Below are positions 27,904-37,725 of a DNA stretch of 64,000 nt, one piece after another. The number at the start of each line of letters is the position of its first letter. Position 1 is the first letter of the stretch. Source of the DNA: Spirochaetales bacterium (GTDB lineage Bacteria; Spirochaetota; Spirochaetia; JABEVK01); contig JBAXAI010000016.1 of assembly GCA_037142615.1 (NCBI GenBank), forward strand, positions 24,318-88,317. Reading direction: 5' to 3'. The translations under genes and the position numbers were made by a program. The notes under the pieces are model-generated. The model worked only from the letters and a program-made list of their open reading frames with translations. It was not told the origin of the DNA and ran no database searches.

Positions 27904-29559
27904 CTAACTCAGTTCGAAAAAAGTGCGGACCAAAGGGTGACGTCGGCCAATGCCAAAACTGACCGGCGACACCTTGAGAACCGGAGGCGCCTGCCAGCGT
28001 TTGTGCTCGGAAAGGGCTGTCAGTTTCAGGATGCGCTTGACGGTCTCGGGGTCTTCCCCGCGGGCGATGATTTCGGCCGCACTGCGCGACTCGAGCAGGT
28101 AAAGCGACAGAATGCGGTCGAGTTCCTCGTAGGGAGGCAGGCTGTCCTGATCGGTCTGGTCGGGACGCAACTCTGCCGAGGGCGGCTTACGGATCGTGTT
28201 CCAGGGGATGACCTCACTATTTCGGTTGATATGTTCTGCCAGGGCATACACTTCGGTCTTGAACACATCGCCGATGACGCCCAGCCCGCCGGCCATGTCG
28301 CCGTACAGGGTGCAGTAACCGGTGGCTAACTCACTCTTGTTGCCCGTGGTCAGCAACAACGAGCCGGTCTTGTTGCTCCACGCCATCAGGTAGGCACCGC
28401 GCACCCGGGCCTGCAGGTTTTCTTCGGTGGTATCGGCGGGCCGGCCGGCGAAAACCGGGCCCAGCGCATCGAGAAAGGCCTGGAAAGGCCCCTCAATGGG
28501 CAACACGTCGAACACAACACTCAGGTTCGTCGCCAAAGCACGCGCGTCGTCGAGGCTTCCCTGCGAAGAGTAGCGGCTGGGCATGCCGAACCCGTGAACG
28601 TTGGCCGCACCAAAAGCCTTTACCGCGAGCACGGCAACGAGCGCCGAATCGATGCCCCCCGAAAGTCCAAGGTGGACCTTGGTGAAGCCCGTTTTGCGAG
28701 CGTAGTCGCGCAGACCCAGCACCAGCGCCTGCAGCAAGTCTTCTTGCTCGTCTTCGACGAGTTTGCGGGACGGGAGTGAACCCTCGGAGTCCCACAGTTC
28801 GAGACCCTCGAGGAACGACGGACCCTGCACCACCAGCGTGCCGGTTTTGTCGGTGACCAAGGCGCCGCCGTCGAACACCAGCGCGTCGTTGCCGCCCACC
28901 TGGTTCACGTACAGTACCGGCAGCCCAAAACGTTTGCCGACGCTGGCCATGATTCCGGTCCGCACGCGCTTTTTACCCGGATAGAACGGACTGGCCGAAG
29001 GCGAAAGGATAAGGTCGGCGCCCAGGCCGGCCAACTCGGCCACGGGGTCGAGGCCGTAAGGGTTGCCGTTGTCGCGGCTGACTTCCCACCACAGGTCTTC
29101 GCAAATGGCGATTCCGAGCTTCAAACCCTTCCACGAGAACACTTTGCGTTGGCCGGCGCTCTGAAAATACCGCCGCTCATCGAACACATCGTACGTGGGC
29201 AGCAGCGTCTTGGCCTGCTCGAACACCACAGCCCCACCCGTGAGTGCGACCGCAACATTGGCCAGCAGTTTTTCGGGAACGAGGCCTTTGCCGCTGGTCG
29301 CAGGCCTCACACAACCGACGACCACCAGCAACTCGGCGGGAAGCTCGCGGGCCAGCACGTCGAGAGCCTTTTGGTTTTCGGCCAGAAACGAAGGGAACGA
29401 CAACAGGTCGAGCGGGGGATAGCCGCACACGGCCATCTCGGGAAACACCACCAACTCGGCACCAAGCCCACGGGCCTCGTGAGCCCGATCGACGATGAGG
29501 CGGGTGTTTCCGGTGAAGTCCCCCACCTTGGGGTTGATCTGGGCCAGGGCAATTTTCAT
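27904..29559 (-). CDS. nadE: glutamine-dependent NAD+ synthetase
   Basis: Nitrilase domain (FPE, ICEDLW) followed by GLSGGIDS, ENLQAR, TGNKSE and PPSAEL. Confidence 0.95.
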   Translation of the reverse strand: MKIALAQINPKVGDFTGNTRLIVDRAHEARGLGAELVVFPEMAVCGYPPLDLLSFPSFLAENQKALDVLARELPAELLVVVGCVRPATSGKGLVPEKLLANVAVALTGGAVVFEQAKTLLPTYDVFDERRYFQSAGQRKVFSWKGLKLGIAICEDLWWEVSRDNGNPYGLDPVAELAGLGADLILSPSASPFYPGKKRVRTGIMASVGKRFGLPVLYVNQVGGNDALVFDGGALVTDKTGTLVVQGPSFLEGLELWDSEGSLPSRKLVEDEQEDLLQALVLGLRDYARKTGFTKVHLGLSGGIDSALVAVLAVKAFGAANVHGFGMPSRYSSQGSLDDARALATNLSVVFDVLPIEGPFQAFLDALGPVFAGRPADTTEENLQARVRGAYLMAWSNKTGSLLLTTGNKSELATGYCTLYGDMAGGLGVIGDVFKTEVYALAEHINRNSEVIPWNTIRKPPSAELRPDQTDQDSLPPYEELDRILSLYLLESRSAAEIIARGEDPETVKRILKLTALSEHKRWQAPPVLKVSPVSFGIGRRHPLVRTFFELS

Positions 29560-29594
29560 AGACAAGTTTCCCCCGGCAGTATACTATCCCGGGC

Positions 29595-30251
29595 ATGGGA
29601 AAGACAATCTTGGTCACTGGAAAAGACAGTTTTCTGGGTAACGAGATCACCCGCTCTTTCCTCGGCCAAGGCCATCAGGTGGCCGTCGGCGTTCCAGCCC
29701 GCAAAGAGGCTTTTCCGTCGCTGGATCCTGGCAAACAGGTGTTCACGTTCCCCTGGAACCGGCGCTCAGCCGTTGCGGCCAAGAACTTCGTGCTCCAGTC
29801 TGAACTCGAGCTCGGCACGCTGAGCGAGGCTTGGGTGCTCATCACCCCCGAACGAGAAGCCTTTGCCCTGAATGAACTTCCGCCGCTGACCATCGACGAG
29901 ACCATCGACGCCAACGTCAAAGGTCTGGTCTATCTGGTACGCGAACTGGTGGCGCGGCAAGCCACCCAACCCCAATTCGCTCTGCACTTTGTCTTTTTCG
30001 AGGAAGACCCCAGCTCGCTCCCACCGCTGGCGGCGCTTCAGTTCTTTGGCCTACGGGGGGTGGTGTCGTCGGTGTTGGCGCAGGCCCGGCGCAAGAGCTT
30101 GCCGGTGTGGGCCTACGACACGGTGTTGCCCCAAGCCGAGGCCTACGCCGCCTGGCTCTTGCAGCCCAAGGCGCACCTGCCCGGCCGGTGGAACATCCAT
30201 GGTGAAAAGAAATCGCTGAGGAATCTGTTTTCGAAGAAGGACAATGCATGA
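29595..30251 (+). CDS. degenerate SDR/Rossmann-like protein
   Basis: KTILVTGKDSFLG N-terminus; no YxxxK catalytic motif seen. Confidence 0.55.
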   Translation: MGKTILVTGKDSFLGNEITRSFLGQGHQVAVGVPARKEAFPSLDPGKQVFTFPWNRRSAVAAKNFVLQSELELGTLSEAWVLITPEREAFALNELPPLTIDETIDANVKGLVYLVRELVARQATQPQFALHFVFFEEDPSSLPPLAALQFFGLRGVVSSVLAQARRKSLPVWAYDTVLPQAEAYAAWLLQPKAHLPGRWNIHGEKKSLRNLFSKKDNA

Positions 30252-31480
30252 AAGTCTGGTTCAAGATTCTCGTCGGGACGCTGTTGGGCCTGATCCTCGG
30301 TGTTTTTCTGCCGCTTCCAGCCCACGGGGATTCGTCGGTCTTGTTCCAGTTCAACGATTTCATTGTGAGCTTGGGTCGGTATGCGTTGTTCCCGTTTGTG
30401 TTCTTTTCGGCCGCCGTGGCCGTGGGTGACCTCAACCGCTCGGGCCGGCTACGGTCGGTGCTGGTGCGCAGCCTCATCTACATGTTTCTGGCCAGTTTGC
30501 TGTTGGTGCTCATCGGCGCGCTGTTCATCCTGTTGTTCAGTCCTGAGCGCATTCCGATCACCAGCCGCCGCGAAACCGAGCTGATCTTTCGCAGTTGGAA
30601 CGACACGCTGGCCAATCTGGTGCCCAAGAACCTGTTCCAGATCCTCACCGGCGGGGCGGACTTTTTGTTGCCGTTGTACGCCCTGAGTTTCCTGCTGGGC
30701 TTGCACTTCCACTTCGACCGCACGGTCACCGAGCCCACGGTGAATCTTTTCGACTCTTTGAGCCGCATCTTCTACCACCTTAACAGTTTCGTCGTCGAGG
30801 TGCTGGGCTGGGGCATGATCGTGCTCGGCGCGGCCTGGCTGGTGCAGATCCGCTTGATTCAAGACATTTCGCTGTACTTTCAAATCTTCGCGGTGCTGCT
30901 GGTGGCGACGTTGTTTGTGCTGCTGGTCGTGTTGCCGTTGTTGCTGTTCCTGCTGGTTGACCGGAAGAACCCTTTTCCGTGGATTTTCGGCCTGATGGGC
31001 GCGGGAATCGGCGCGTTCTTTTCGGGCGATTCGTTTTTTTCGCTCAGCCTGGCGACGCGCATGACGCGTGAGAACTTGGGAGTGCCCCGCAAGGTAGGTG
31101 CGGTGAACCTGCCGCTCTTCTCGATGTTCGGCCGGGCCGGGACGGCGTTGACCTCGACCATCGCGTTTTTCATCATTCTCAAGAGCTATTCCAGCCTCGA
31201 GATCTCGCTTGACCAGATTCTGTGGACGATCAGCTTCGCCTTTTTGCTCAGCTTTGCCCTGCCTTCGGTGCCTGGCCTAGGGGCCTACATCAACCTGTCG
31301 CTGTTGTGTTCGTTCTACGGAAAAGGGCTCGAAAACGGCTACCTGAACCTGCAACCAATTTTACCGGTGTTGGTCAGCTTTTCGGCGCTGCTCGACGTGT
31401 ATTTGGCCAGCTTCTGCTCATTCCTCGTGACTCGTCACGAAAACCTGCAAAAAGAGATTCCGCCGAATCAGTTCATCTAG
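30248..31480 (+). CDS. dicarboxylate/amino acid:cation symporter family protein
   Basis: Many transmembrane helices; LVPKNLF and FGRAGTAL; overall layout of DAACS transporters. Confidence 0.75.
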   Translation: MKVWFKILVGTLLGLILGVFLPLPAHGDSSVLFQFNDFIVSLGRYALFPFVFFSAAVAVGDLNRSGRLRSVLVRSLIYMFLASLLLVLIGALFILLFSPERIPITSRRETELIFRSWNDTLANLVPKNLFQILTGGADFLLPLYALSFLLGLHFHFDRTVTEPTVNLFDSLSRIFYHLNSFVVEVLGWGMIVLGAAWLVQIRLIQDISLYFQIFAVLLVATLFVLLVVLPLLLFLLVDRKNPFPWIFGLMGAGIGAFFSGDSFFSLSLATRMTRENLGVPRKVGAVNLPLFSMFGRAGTALTSTIAFFIILKSYSSLEISLDQILWTISFAFLLSFALPSVPGLGAYINLSLLCSFYGKGLENGYLNLQPILPVLVSFSALLDVYLASFCSFLVTRHENLQKEIPPNQFI

Positions 31481-31488
31481 GGGGCGTC

Positions 31489-31866
31489 ATGGACACCATC
31501 AATTTGGCTAAGGCCTGCCGTCTCATGGACGGCGACAAGAGTCTGTTCAACGATTTGTTTCAAGTGATCGAACGGTCGCTGGAAGAACGCTATGAACGCC
31601 TGGAGGCAGCCCTCGCCTCCGAATCTGCCGAAGACCTGGAAATGTACGCTCACCAACTGAAGGGAGCGTTGCGCAACGTGGCGGCCGATGCCGCGTGCGA
31701 ACTGCTGTTTCAACTGGAAAAATGCGGCCTAGGCAACGATTTCGCTCTGGCCAAGCAGGTGTACCCGCAGGTGCGGCCTGCCGTCAACGATTTGCTGACG
31801 GCGTTCCGGTCGCGAACTTGGGAAGTGGCCTTTGCGGAGTACACCAAGGCAGGTGGAACTACTTGA
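31489..31866 (+). CDS. stand-alone Hpt domain protein
   Basis: YAHQLKGALRNVAA...LEK; ATG 31489. Confidence 0.82.
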   Translation: MDTINLAKACRLMDGDKSLFNDLFQVIERSLEERYERLEAALASESAEDLEMYAHQLKGALRNVAADAACELLFQLEKCGLGNDFALAKQVYPQVRPAVNDLLTAFRSRTWEVAFAEYTKAGGTT

Positions 31867-32980
31867 GGTAGGTCAGCGCCAACGGCACGGGGCTGAGGTG
31901 CACCTCACCTGCCACGTTGTCGCTGAACAGTCCGGCCTTCTCGAGGGTCTCGAGCAGGATATCCACCATAGGTTGGGCCACCGTCATCAGGCTGACTTCC
32001 CGGGCTGGGCTCGCAGCCGACGGGGACGCCGCCTCATTGAGCTGCACATGCCGTTGTTGCGAGATGGTTGCCCCGGTGGCTCCGGCATCCATGGCGGCCT
32101 TGGTGAGCGGCTCAGCGTAACCCTCGTTGCAGATCATGGCAAAGTTCACGAGGTTGCGGAGAAACTTGCGTCCTGAGGTCTGCCCCCCTTTCTCGGACAG
32201 GGTCTTTCGCCTCCATTCCGTGCCACCCTTGAGGTCGTCGAGAGCCGAGACTATCTGCTCGACGCTGGCTGCCTGACTGGTGTTGCCGTCGGAGAACCGG
32301 GTGTTCAGCAGACCGGAGCGCAGCGGGTAGAGGTAAATGAAGCCCTTGCCCGGTTGGTCGAGTTGACCCGCCGAGACCATCATTTCCATCACTGTCTCGG
32401 CCTCGCTCGCGTCCACGATGAGGGTACTGACTTCCTTTTCCGCGGGCACCAGGACGCGCCACAGACCCAGACGGTTGCGAAGGCCGGTTCCGACACCGAA
32501 GGTGACCAGGGGAACTGCGGTTCCGGTGTTCAAGCCGATGGTGGCCACGGCGTTGGCCTCGCCCTTCTGGGTGATGCAGGCAATGCCCATGAGGTTGGAA
32601 GCAAAGACCCTGCGTTCTCCCGGCTCGAGGCTGAGCTTCGCAGGCGGACCACCGCTGGACCGGGGTACCGTGACGCTGCGCGAGTACAGCGAGCCACGAC
32701 CTGGATCGTCGATCCGCAGCTTGTGGGCAAGGTGAGTCATGACCTCAGCCTCCTGCTCGGGCGTCACCAGAAAGCTGAACCGTTCGGCGGCGTCTTCGAC
32801 CAGAGCCGTCTTGGTGGAAAGCAACTTTTTGAGGCCCTCGACAGGCTTGAGGACCAAGGATCTTCCGAGCTCGACGCTGACGTTGTTCAGCCCGATGGCC
32901 TTGAGCTCGTCGAGCACCTTCCGGGTGAAGATCTTGTCGATGACCAAGGTCACCTTGCTCAGTTCTTTGTTGGGTTCCAT
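31859..32980 (-). CDS. protein with three tandem PII-like domains
   Basis: Three ~110-aa units ending in DDPGRGSLY, DQPGKGFIY and AGEVHLSPV; adjacent to a DUF1538 gene. Confidence 0.65.
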   Translation of the reverse strand: MEPNKELSKVTLVIDKIFTRKVLDELKAIGLNNVSVELGRSLVLKPVEGLKKLLSTKTALVEDAAERFSFLVTPEQEAEVMTHLAHKLRIDDPGRGSLYSRSVTVPRSSGGPPAKLSLEPGERRVFASNLMGIACITQKGEANAVATIGLNTGTAVPLVTFGVGTGLRNRLGLWRVLVPAEKEVSTLIVDASEAETVMEMMVSAGQLDQPGKGFIYLYPLRSGLLNTRFSDGNTSQAASVEQIVSALDDLKGGTEWRRKTLSEKGGQTSGRKFLRNLVNFAMICNEGYAEPLTKAAMDAGATGATISQQRHVQLNEAASPSAASPAREVSLMTVAQPMVDILLETLEKAGLFSDNVAGEVHLSPVPLALTYLK

Positions 32981-32992
32981 AGGTTGATTTCC

Positions 32993-35095
32993 TTATTTGG
33001 CCGCGACTTGGCGCAACGCCGCCTTGCGCCGGTTGACGATCAGGCCCACGGTGAGCACCGCCAGAATGGGGTATGCCGAGGCGCTGGCCAGGATTCCGAA
33101 GCCTTCGACGGCCCCTACCTGCCCCGAGATTCCCAAACCCATCGCCAACACCAAGGGCACGGTGATGGGGCCGGTGGTCACCCCGGCGCTATCCCAGCCG
33201 ATGTTGACAAACTCCTCGGTGGAGAAAAACGTCAGGACCATGAGCACGAGGTAGGGAGGGCCGATGAGCCAGAGCAGAGGGATGCCCCAAATGATCTTGA
33301 CGACTCCCACCGCAATGCCGACACCCACGCCGAAGGCCACGGTCTGCATCAGGAGGCTCTTCTTGAACGCGCCGACTGTAAGCACCTCGACGGTGGTGCC
33401 CAGCGCGTTCAGCGCGGGCTCGGCTAGCGTGGCGCCGTACCCCATGATGAAGGCAAAAAGCAGCACCAAGAGGAAGCCAAGTGGATTGTCCTCGCTGCCA
33501 AACAGCGGCCCCTTGGTAGGCACGTAGTTGTAGCTGCCGGTGGCTTTGTCGAGGGAAGCCGCGTGGTAGGGAATGGCGACGTAGGCGTTGTTCAGGTTGG
33601 TATAGAAGAACTGAGACTTGCTGCCATCAGCGGCCACCGCCGTCAGCAGAACCGCCTCGTCGAAATCGCGCAGCACCTTCGAGGACTCCACCAGCTCGAT
33701 CTTCTTGAAGGATGAGGGCACTTTTGAGCCGACCTGATTGCCCAGCTTGGACAAACCGAGCTCTATGCCAACGTTGAACAGGAACATTCCGAACACCGCG
33801 AACACCAAGCCGAGCAGGATCTCGTCGGCCCGGGGCAACTTCTCGCGCAGCAGGAAGAGCAACACGCCCAAGAGGAAGGCAGACAGCGGCAGAATGGCCT
33901 GCAGGGCCGAGGCCCCGTTCCTCAGGGTCAGGTCGAGGACGTTGATGGAAGCAGTCGAGGTGGAGGTCAGGGCCACGACAGCCTGCTTCAGCGCGGCGTC
34001 GTCGGCAAACACCAGGCGCCTCTGGGCATCGCTGCCGTTGTTTACAGCCCAAGTCTCGAGTTCCTTCAGGTCGGCCTTGCCCAGCACCCGCAACCTCAGG
34101 TCGGCATCGCTGCGAAGCTGCGTCACGAACGCATCCATGCCCTCGTCGGTGCCGCCGACGAGCTGCTTCTGGGCCTCGACGGTGGCATTCCGGAGGGCGT
34201 ACCCCATCATGGCGTCCTTGTCGCGGAACAGATTCTCTACCAAGGGCTGGTTTGCCGGGGCAAAGAACTCTTCCTGGGCCATAGGCTTGGGCACCTGGCC
34301 AAGCAATGCGACACCGAGCAGCAGAACGGTGTAGATGGGCAGCAACGAAGCCAGCGTGACGACGCCGAAACCGCCGCCCTCGCTGTCGCCTTTGGCCATG
34401 ACGCGGGTGATGCCGATGCCCAGGGCAAGGACCAACGGTACGGTCACCGGACCGGTGGTAACTCCGCCGGTGTCCCAGGCCACGCCCAGAATCAAGTAGA
34501 GGTTGGGGTCGAGGGCGCACCAAAGCGAGAACGCCGAAACCAAGGGAATGCCAATATAAAGGAACGGCTTGAGCGACCAGGCGAACATGAACCGCAACAT
34601 GCCTAGCACGACGGCGATTCCGACCCCGATCCCGACGGCCCACTTGAGCAGGTCGGCGTATTTGTTGAGAAGGACGAACAGCAGCGGGGCGTCCCACGCC
34701 TTGATGAAGGCTCACGCCAACTGGAGCACACCGATGGCCGGTTCGGCGAAGGTGACACCTACGCCGAGAATGAACGAGAACCCGAGGATGACGGGCAGCT
34801 TGGTCTTCTGAGGTAGGCGGATGCCAATGGTTTCTCCCAAGGGCATGAGCCCCAGAAACAGGCCCTCCATGAAAAAGGCCAGACCTACCACAATGACGCT
34901 GATACCCACGGCGATCACGGCCGACTCGGCGATGGCGATTCCGAGCACCAGCGTCTGGAAGGCAATCAGGTACGCAACAATGAGCGCTACGGCCTGAACC
35001 TGCTCCATGAGCTTTTTGCGCAGGTAGGGAAGCAGTAGGTTGAGCTTCTCGGGCAGAGACAGACGAACACGTTCCAAAGTCGACCTCCGGGTCAC
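32993..35095 (-). pseudogene. DUF1538 family membrane protein (two fused units) interrupted by an in-frame TGA at 34712-34714
   Basis: ORFs 34712-35095 and 32993-34609 share a frame (VLQLA*AFIKAWDAPLL); duplicated motifs TFAEPA/TLAEPAL and WDTGGVTTGPVTVP/WDSAGVTTGPITVP. Confidence 0.72.
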
Positions 35096-35142
35096 TGGAG
35101 CAACCCTGCTTAAGTATTGGAGATTTGTGTTCTCACGTCAAA

Positions 35143-35829
35143 TCATTCGATGGGATAATCGCGTACAGAAAGAATGCGAACCTGAAAGCTGGCCGTGCAC
35201 TTGTAGCGCCCGGCATCGAGGGTGTAGAGGGGCACCTGGCGAAGCAAGGCCTCACCTCGGATCTCTTGCGGTTTGTTGTACACCTTGGGCCTGAGCAGGT
35301 TGCGGACGGCCTCTTTGAGCGCCTGGCTGAGGGCGGCGACGCGGCTTTCAGTACGGTCTATCACCGGCGAGTACCCGGTGCCGGCCGCTTGGTCGAGGTT
35401 GAAACTCGCCCAGGACTGGCGCCTCCCGGCCTCGAAATCGGCCATGCGGTAGCGGAAGAGCACGGTGAGCACCGAGGTCTTGGCGTCAAAACGGGTTTGT
35501 GCCACCTCGACCCTCCGCGAGCCCTTCTGAATCTCGAACACCGGCTTCACATCGAGCACTTCGTTGGCCTGCCGTGCTTTATCGCTGGGTTTGTAGGTGA
35601 AGCTCCAGCCGTAAATCATTCCCGAAAAGACGGTTCGCATCTCTTCGAGCAGCGAGTCGAGCTTGGCGTTGTCGGGCGGCCGCGCTTCCAGTTCGCCAGG
35701 GGTGATGGGCTCGAAGGGCAGCCACATTTCGCCCTGAAGGACGGTGGATTGGAACTCTTCCTGGGCGGTTAGGACGGCAGGAAGCAGCAGAGACAAGGCC
35801 AACACCAATAGGATAGCGCGAAGAATCAT
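35143..35829 (-). CDS. exported hypothetical protein (spirochaete-type)
   Basis: Signal peptide; SGMIYGWSFTYKPSDKAR; start overlaps the upstream gene stop. Confidence 0.7.
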   Translation of the reverse strand: MILRAILLVLALSLLLPAVLTAQEEFQSTVLQGEMWLPFEPITPGELEARPPDNAKLDSLLEEMRTVFSGMIYGWSFTYKPSDKARQANEVLDVKPVFEIQKGSRRVEVAQTRFDAKTSVLTVLFRYRMADFEAGRRQSWASFNLDQAAGTGYSPVIDRTESRVAALSQALKEAVRNLLRPKVYNKPQEIRGEALLRQVPLYTLDAGRYKCTASFQVRILSVRDYPIE

Positions 35830-36617
35830 GACCTATACACGGTCCAGGCATTCATTCGATAGCGGATCAGCAGATAGAAGAAGGCAAATACAAAGCCTGC
35901 CAAGTGGGTGAGATTGGAGACTCCGCCAATCGGGTTGATGGCCTCTGAGATGACATCCAGCGTTCCGAAAAGAAAGACAATGTGGAACGGATTGCGCATC
36001 CACTCTGGCCGGAAGACTACCGCTACAACCACGATAACGTTAGCGGCTTGAACGAGACTGACGAGAGAGAACAAGGGAACCGCGCCGGCAATCACCAAGC
36101 CAGAGTACTGGATTGCTCCAAAGACAAGCGAGAACGCAAATGGAATGAAGAGGTTCCTGCCCTCGAATCCGAAAACCGCGTAGGCGAGAATGAGGGCGTA
36201 GATGGCTCCGGAAGATCCCAAGAGAAACGTCAGGTGCAGGCCCGTCACACTTCCGACCAGCAGGTAGACTAATCCCGACAGAGTACCGCAGACGAGATAG
36301 AAGGTGAGAAACTCGTAGCTTCTCATACGTTGCTCGACTGCCATACCAGCGATGGCCAGAAAAACCATGTTGTAAAGTATGTGACTGAAGTTGGTATGCA
36401 CGAACATGTAGGTCACGAGTTGCCACCATGCCCCCTCGCCATAGACTGCAGCCGGCTGGAGGGCCAGGACTCCAACGAGAACTCCGTTAATCTCGGTGAG
36501 CAGATACACGACAAGATTGACTGCGATGAGGCCCAACGAAGCGTAGAAGTGGGCTTGCCCCATTCGCCGCCGCCAGAACGGCGTTTTGCGGAAGGAATCA
36601 TGACGAGGGTTGCTCAT
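35826..36617 (-). CDS. rhomboid family intramembrane serine protease
   Basis: WQLVTYMFVH, HILYNM, catalytic GSSG and THLAG. Confidence 0.9.
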   Translation of the reverse strand: MSNPRHDSFRKTPFWRRRMGQAHFYASLGLIAVNLVVYLLTEINGVLVGVLALQPAAVYGEGAWWQLVTYMFVHTNFSHILYNMVFLAIAGMAVEQRMRSYEFLTFYLVCGTLSGLVYLLVGSVTGLHLTFLLGSSGAIYALILAYAVFGFEGRNLFIPFAFSLVFGAIQYSGLVIAGAVPLFSLVSLVQAANVIVVVAVVFRPEWMRNPFHIVFLFGTLDVISEAINPIGGVSNLTHLAGFVFAFFYLLIRYRMNAWTVYRS

Positions 36618-37675
36618 TGCTTCAGCCCCTCCCAGAAGGTGTTGACCAAAAAGCGCATGCTCTGGTTGGCCTCGCCGGCCGGGAAGTTGTCGAGCTTGCC
36701 CAGAACGGCTTTCAGCAGGCCTTCGCCGTACTGATAGGCTGCGTCGAGCCCGCCCGAAGCCTCCATGAGCGCGATGGCCTGTTCGATGAGCGGCTGCGTG
36801 GGGCGACCCGCGGCGTGCTCGAGGTTCACCCGCTCGAACAGGGCCATGAGCGCAGCGCCCTTGTCGGTGGCTTTTTCGGCGTGGAAGAGCACCGGCAGGC
36901 TCTTTTTGCCCTCGATGATGTCGTCGCCGCGCAACTTGCCGGGGTTGCCGGTGACGAGGTTCTTCACGTCGTCGAGAATCTGGAACCCGACGCCGATGTC
37001 TTCCCACAGGTCGCCGACAGCTTCGATAGCCCGGTCGTCGGCTCCCGCGGCGGCGGCCCCGATCTCGGCAGCCAAGCGGCTGAGGGCACCGGTCTTGAAG
37101 CGGCACATTTGCAGGTATTCGTCGCGGCTGGGAATCAGGTCGTGGTCGTTGTGCCACTGGATGTCGAGGCCCTGGCCGAAGTGCAGGCGGCGCATGACGC
37201 GCAGGTAGTACTTCATCACGCGGAACTGGCGGTCTTCGCTCAGGCCGCTGGACTCGATGAAGTAAGTGGGAGCAAAGTACAGGAAGTTGCCGGTGTTGAT
37301 GGCCATGTCGATGCCGTGGGCCAGGTGGATGGCGGGGCCACCTCGGCGCTCGGTGGCCTTGTCTTCGATGTCGTCGATGATGAGGCTGCCGTTGTGCGGC
37401 AACTCGACCAAGGCCGTCAGTTTGTCGATGGAAGGCAGGGTGCCGCCGTAGAGCTCGTGGGCCAAAATCATCACCAGCGGACGCCAGCGCTTGCCGCCGC
37501 GCTCGAGAAGGGTCCAGCCGGGGGCGTTGATGGCGTCGAGGCTTTCGGACCGCAGTGGCAGGTGAGCTTGCCCGGCCACCAAGCGCCCCCACTCCAAAGT
37601 CGTCGCGCGGGGGAAGACGGCGTTCAGGGAGTCTTCTACGATTTGAAGGCGTCTGGTATACTCGGAGCTCGTCAT
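36614..37675 (-). CDS. polyprenyl diphosphate synthase
   Basis: GGKRWRP, DDIED..RRG, GQGLDI, KTG and FQILDD motifs. Confidence 0.93.
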   Translation of the reverse strand: MTSSEYTRRLQIVEDSLNAVFPRATTLEWGRLVAGQAHLPLRSESLDAINAPGWTLLERGGKRWRPLVMILAHELYGGTLPSIDKLTALVELPHNGSLIIDDIEDKATERRGGPAIHLAHGIDMAINTGNFLYFAPTYFIESSGLSEDRQFRVMKYYLRVMRRLHFGQGLDIQWHNDHDLIPSRDEYLQMCRFKTGALSRLAAEIGAAAAGADDRAIEAVGDLWEDIGVGFQILDDVKNLVTGNPGKLRGDDIIEGKKSLPVLFHAEKATDKGAALMALFERVNLEHAAGRPTQPLIEQAIALMEASGGLDAAYQYGEGLLKAVLGKLDNFPAGEANQSMRFLVNTFWEGLKQ

Positions 37676-37725
37676 GCAGGGGAATTTCCCCCTTTTGACC
37701 CCCGACCGTCAAGGAGCTTTTCCCC

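Noticed and set aside
34712-34714. Selenocysteine or alternative genetic code
   Set aside because: Membrane-helix context suggests Gly; no convincing SECIS; UGA terminates many genes here.
36618-37712. 628-aa extended rhomboid ORF, and similar 5' extensions of ORFs 8014-9906, 38545-40485 and 47243-48700
   Set aside because: The extensions overlap genuine upstream genes in another frame; true starts are at downstream coupled ATGs.
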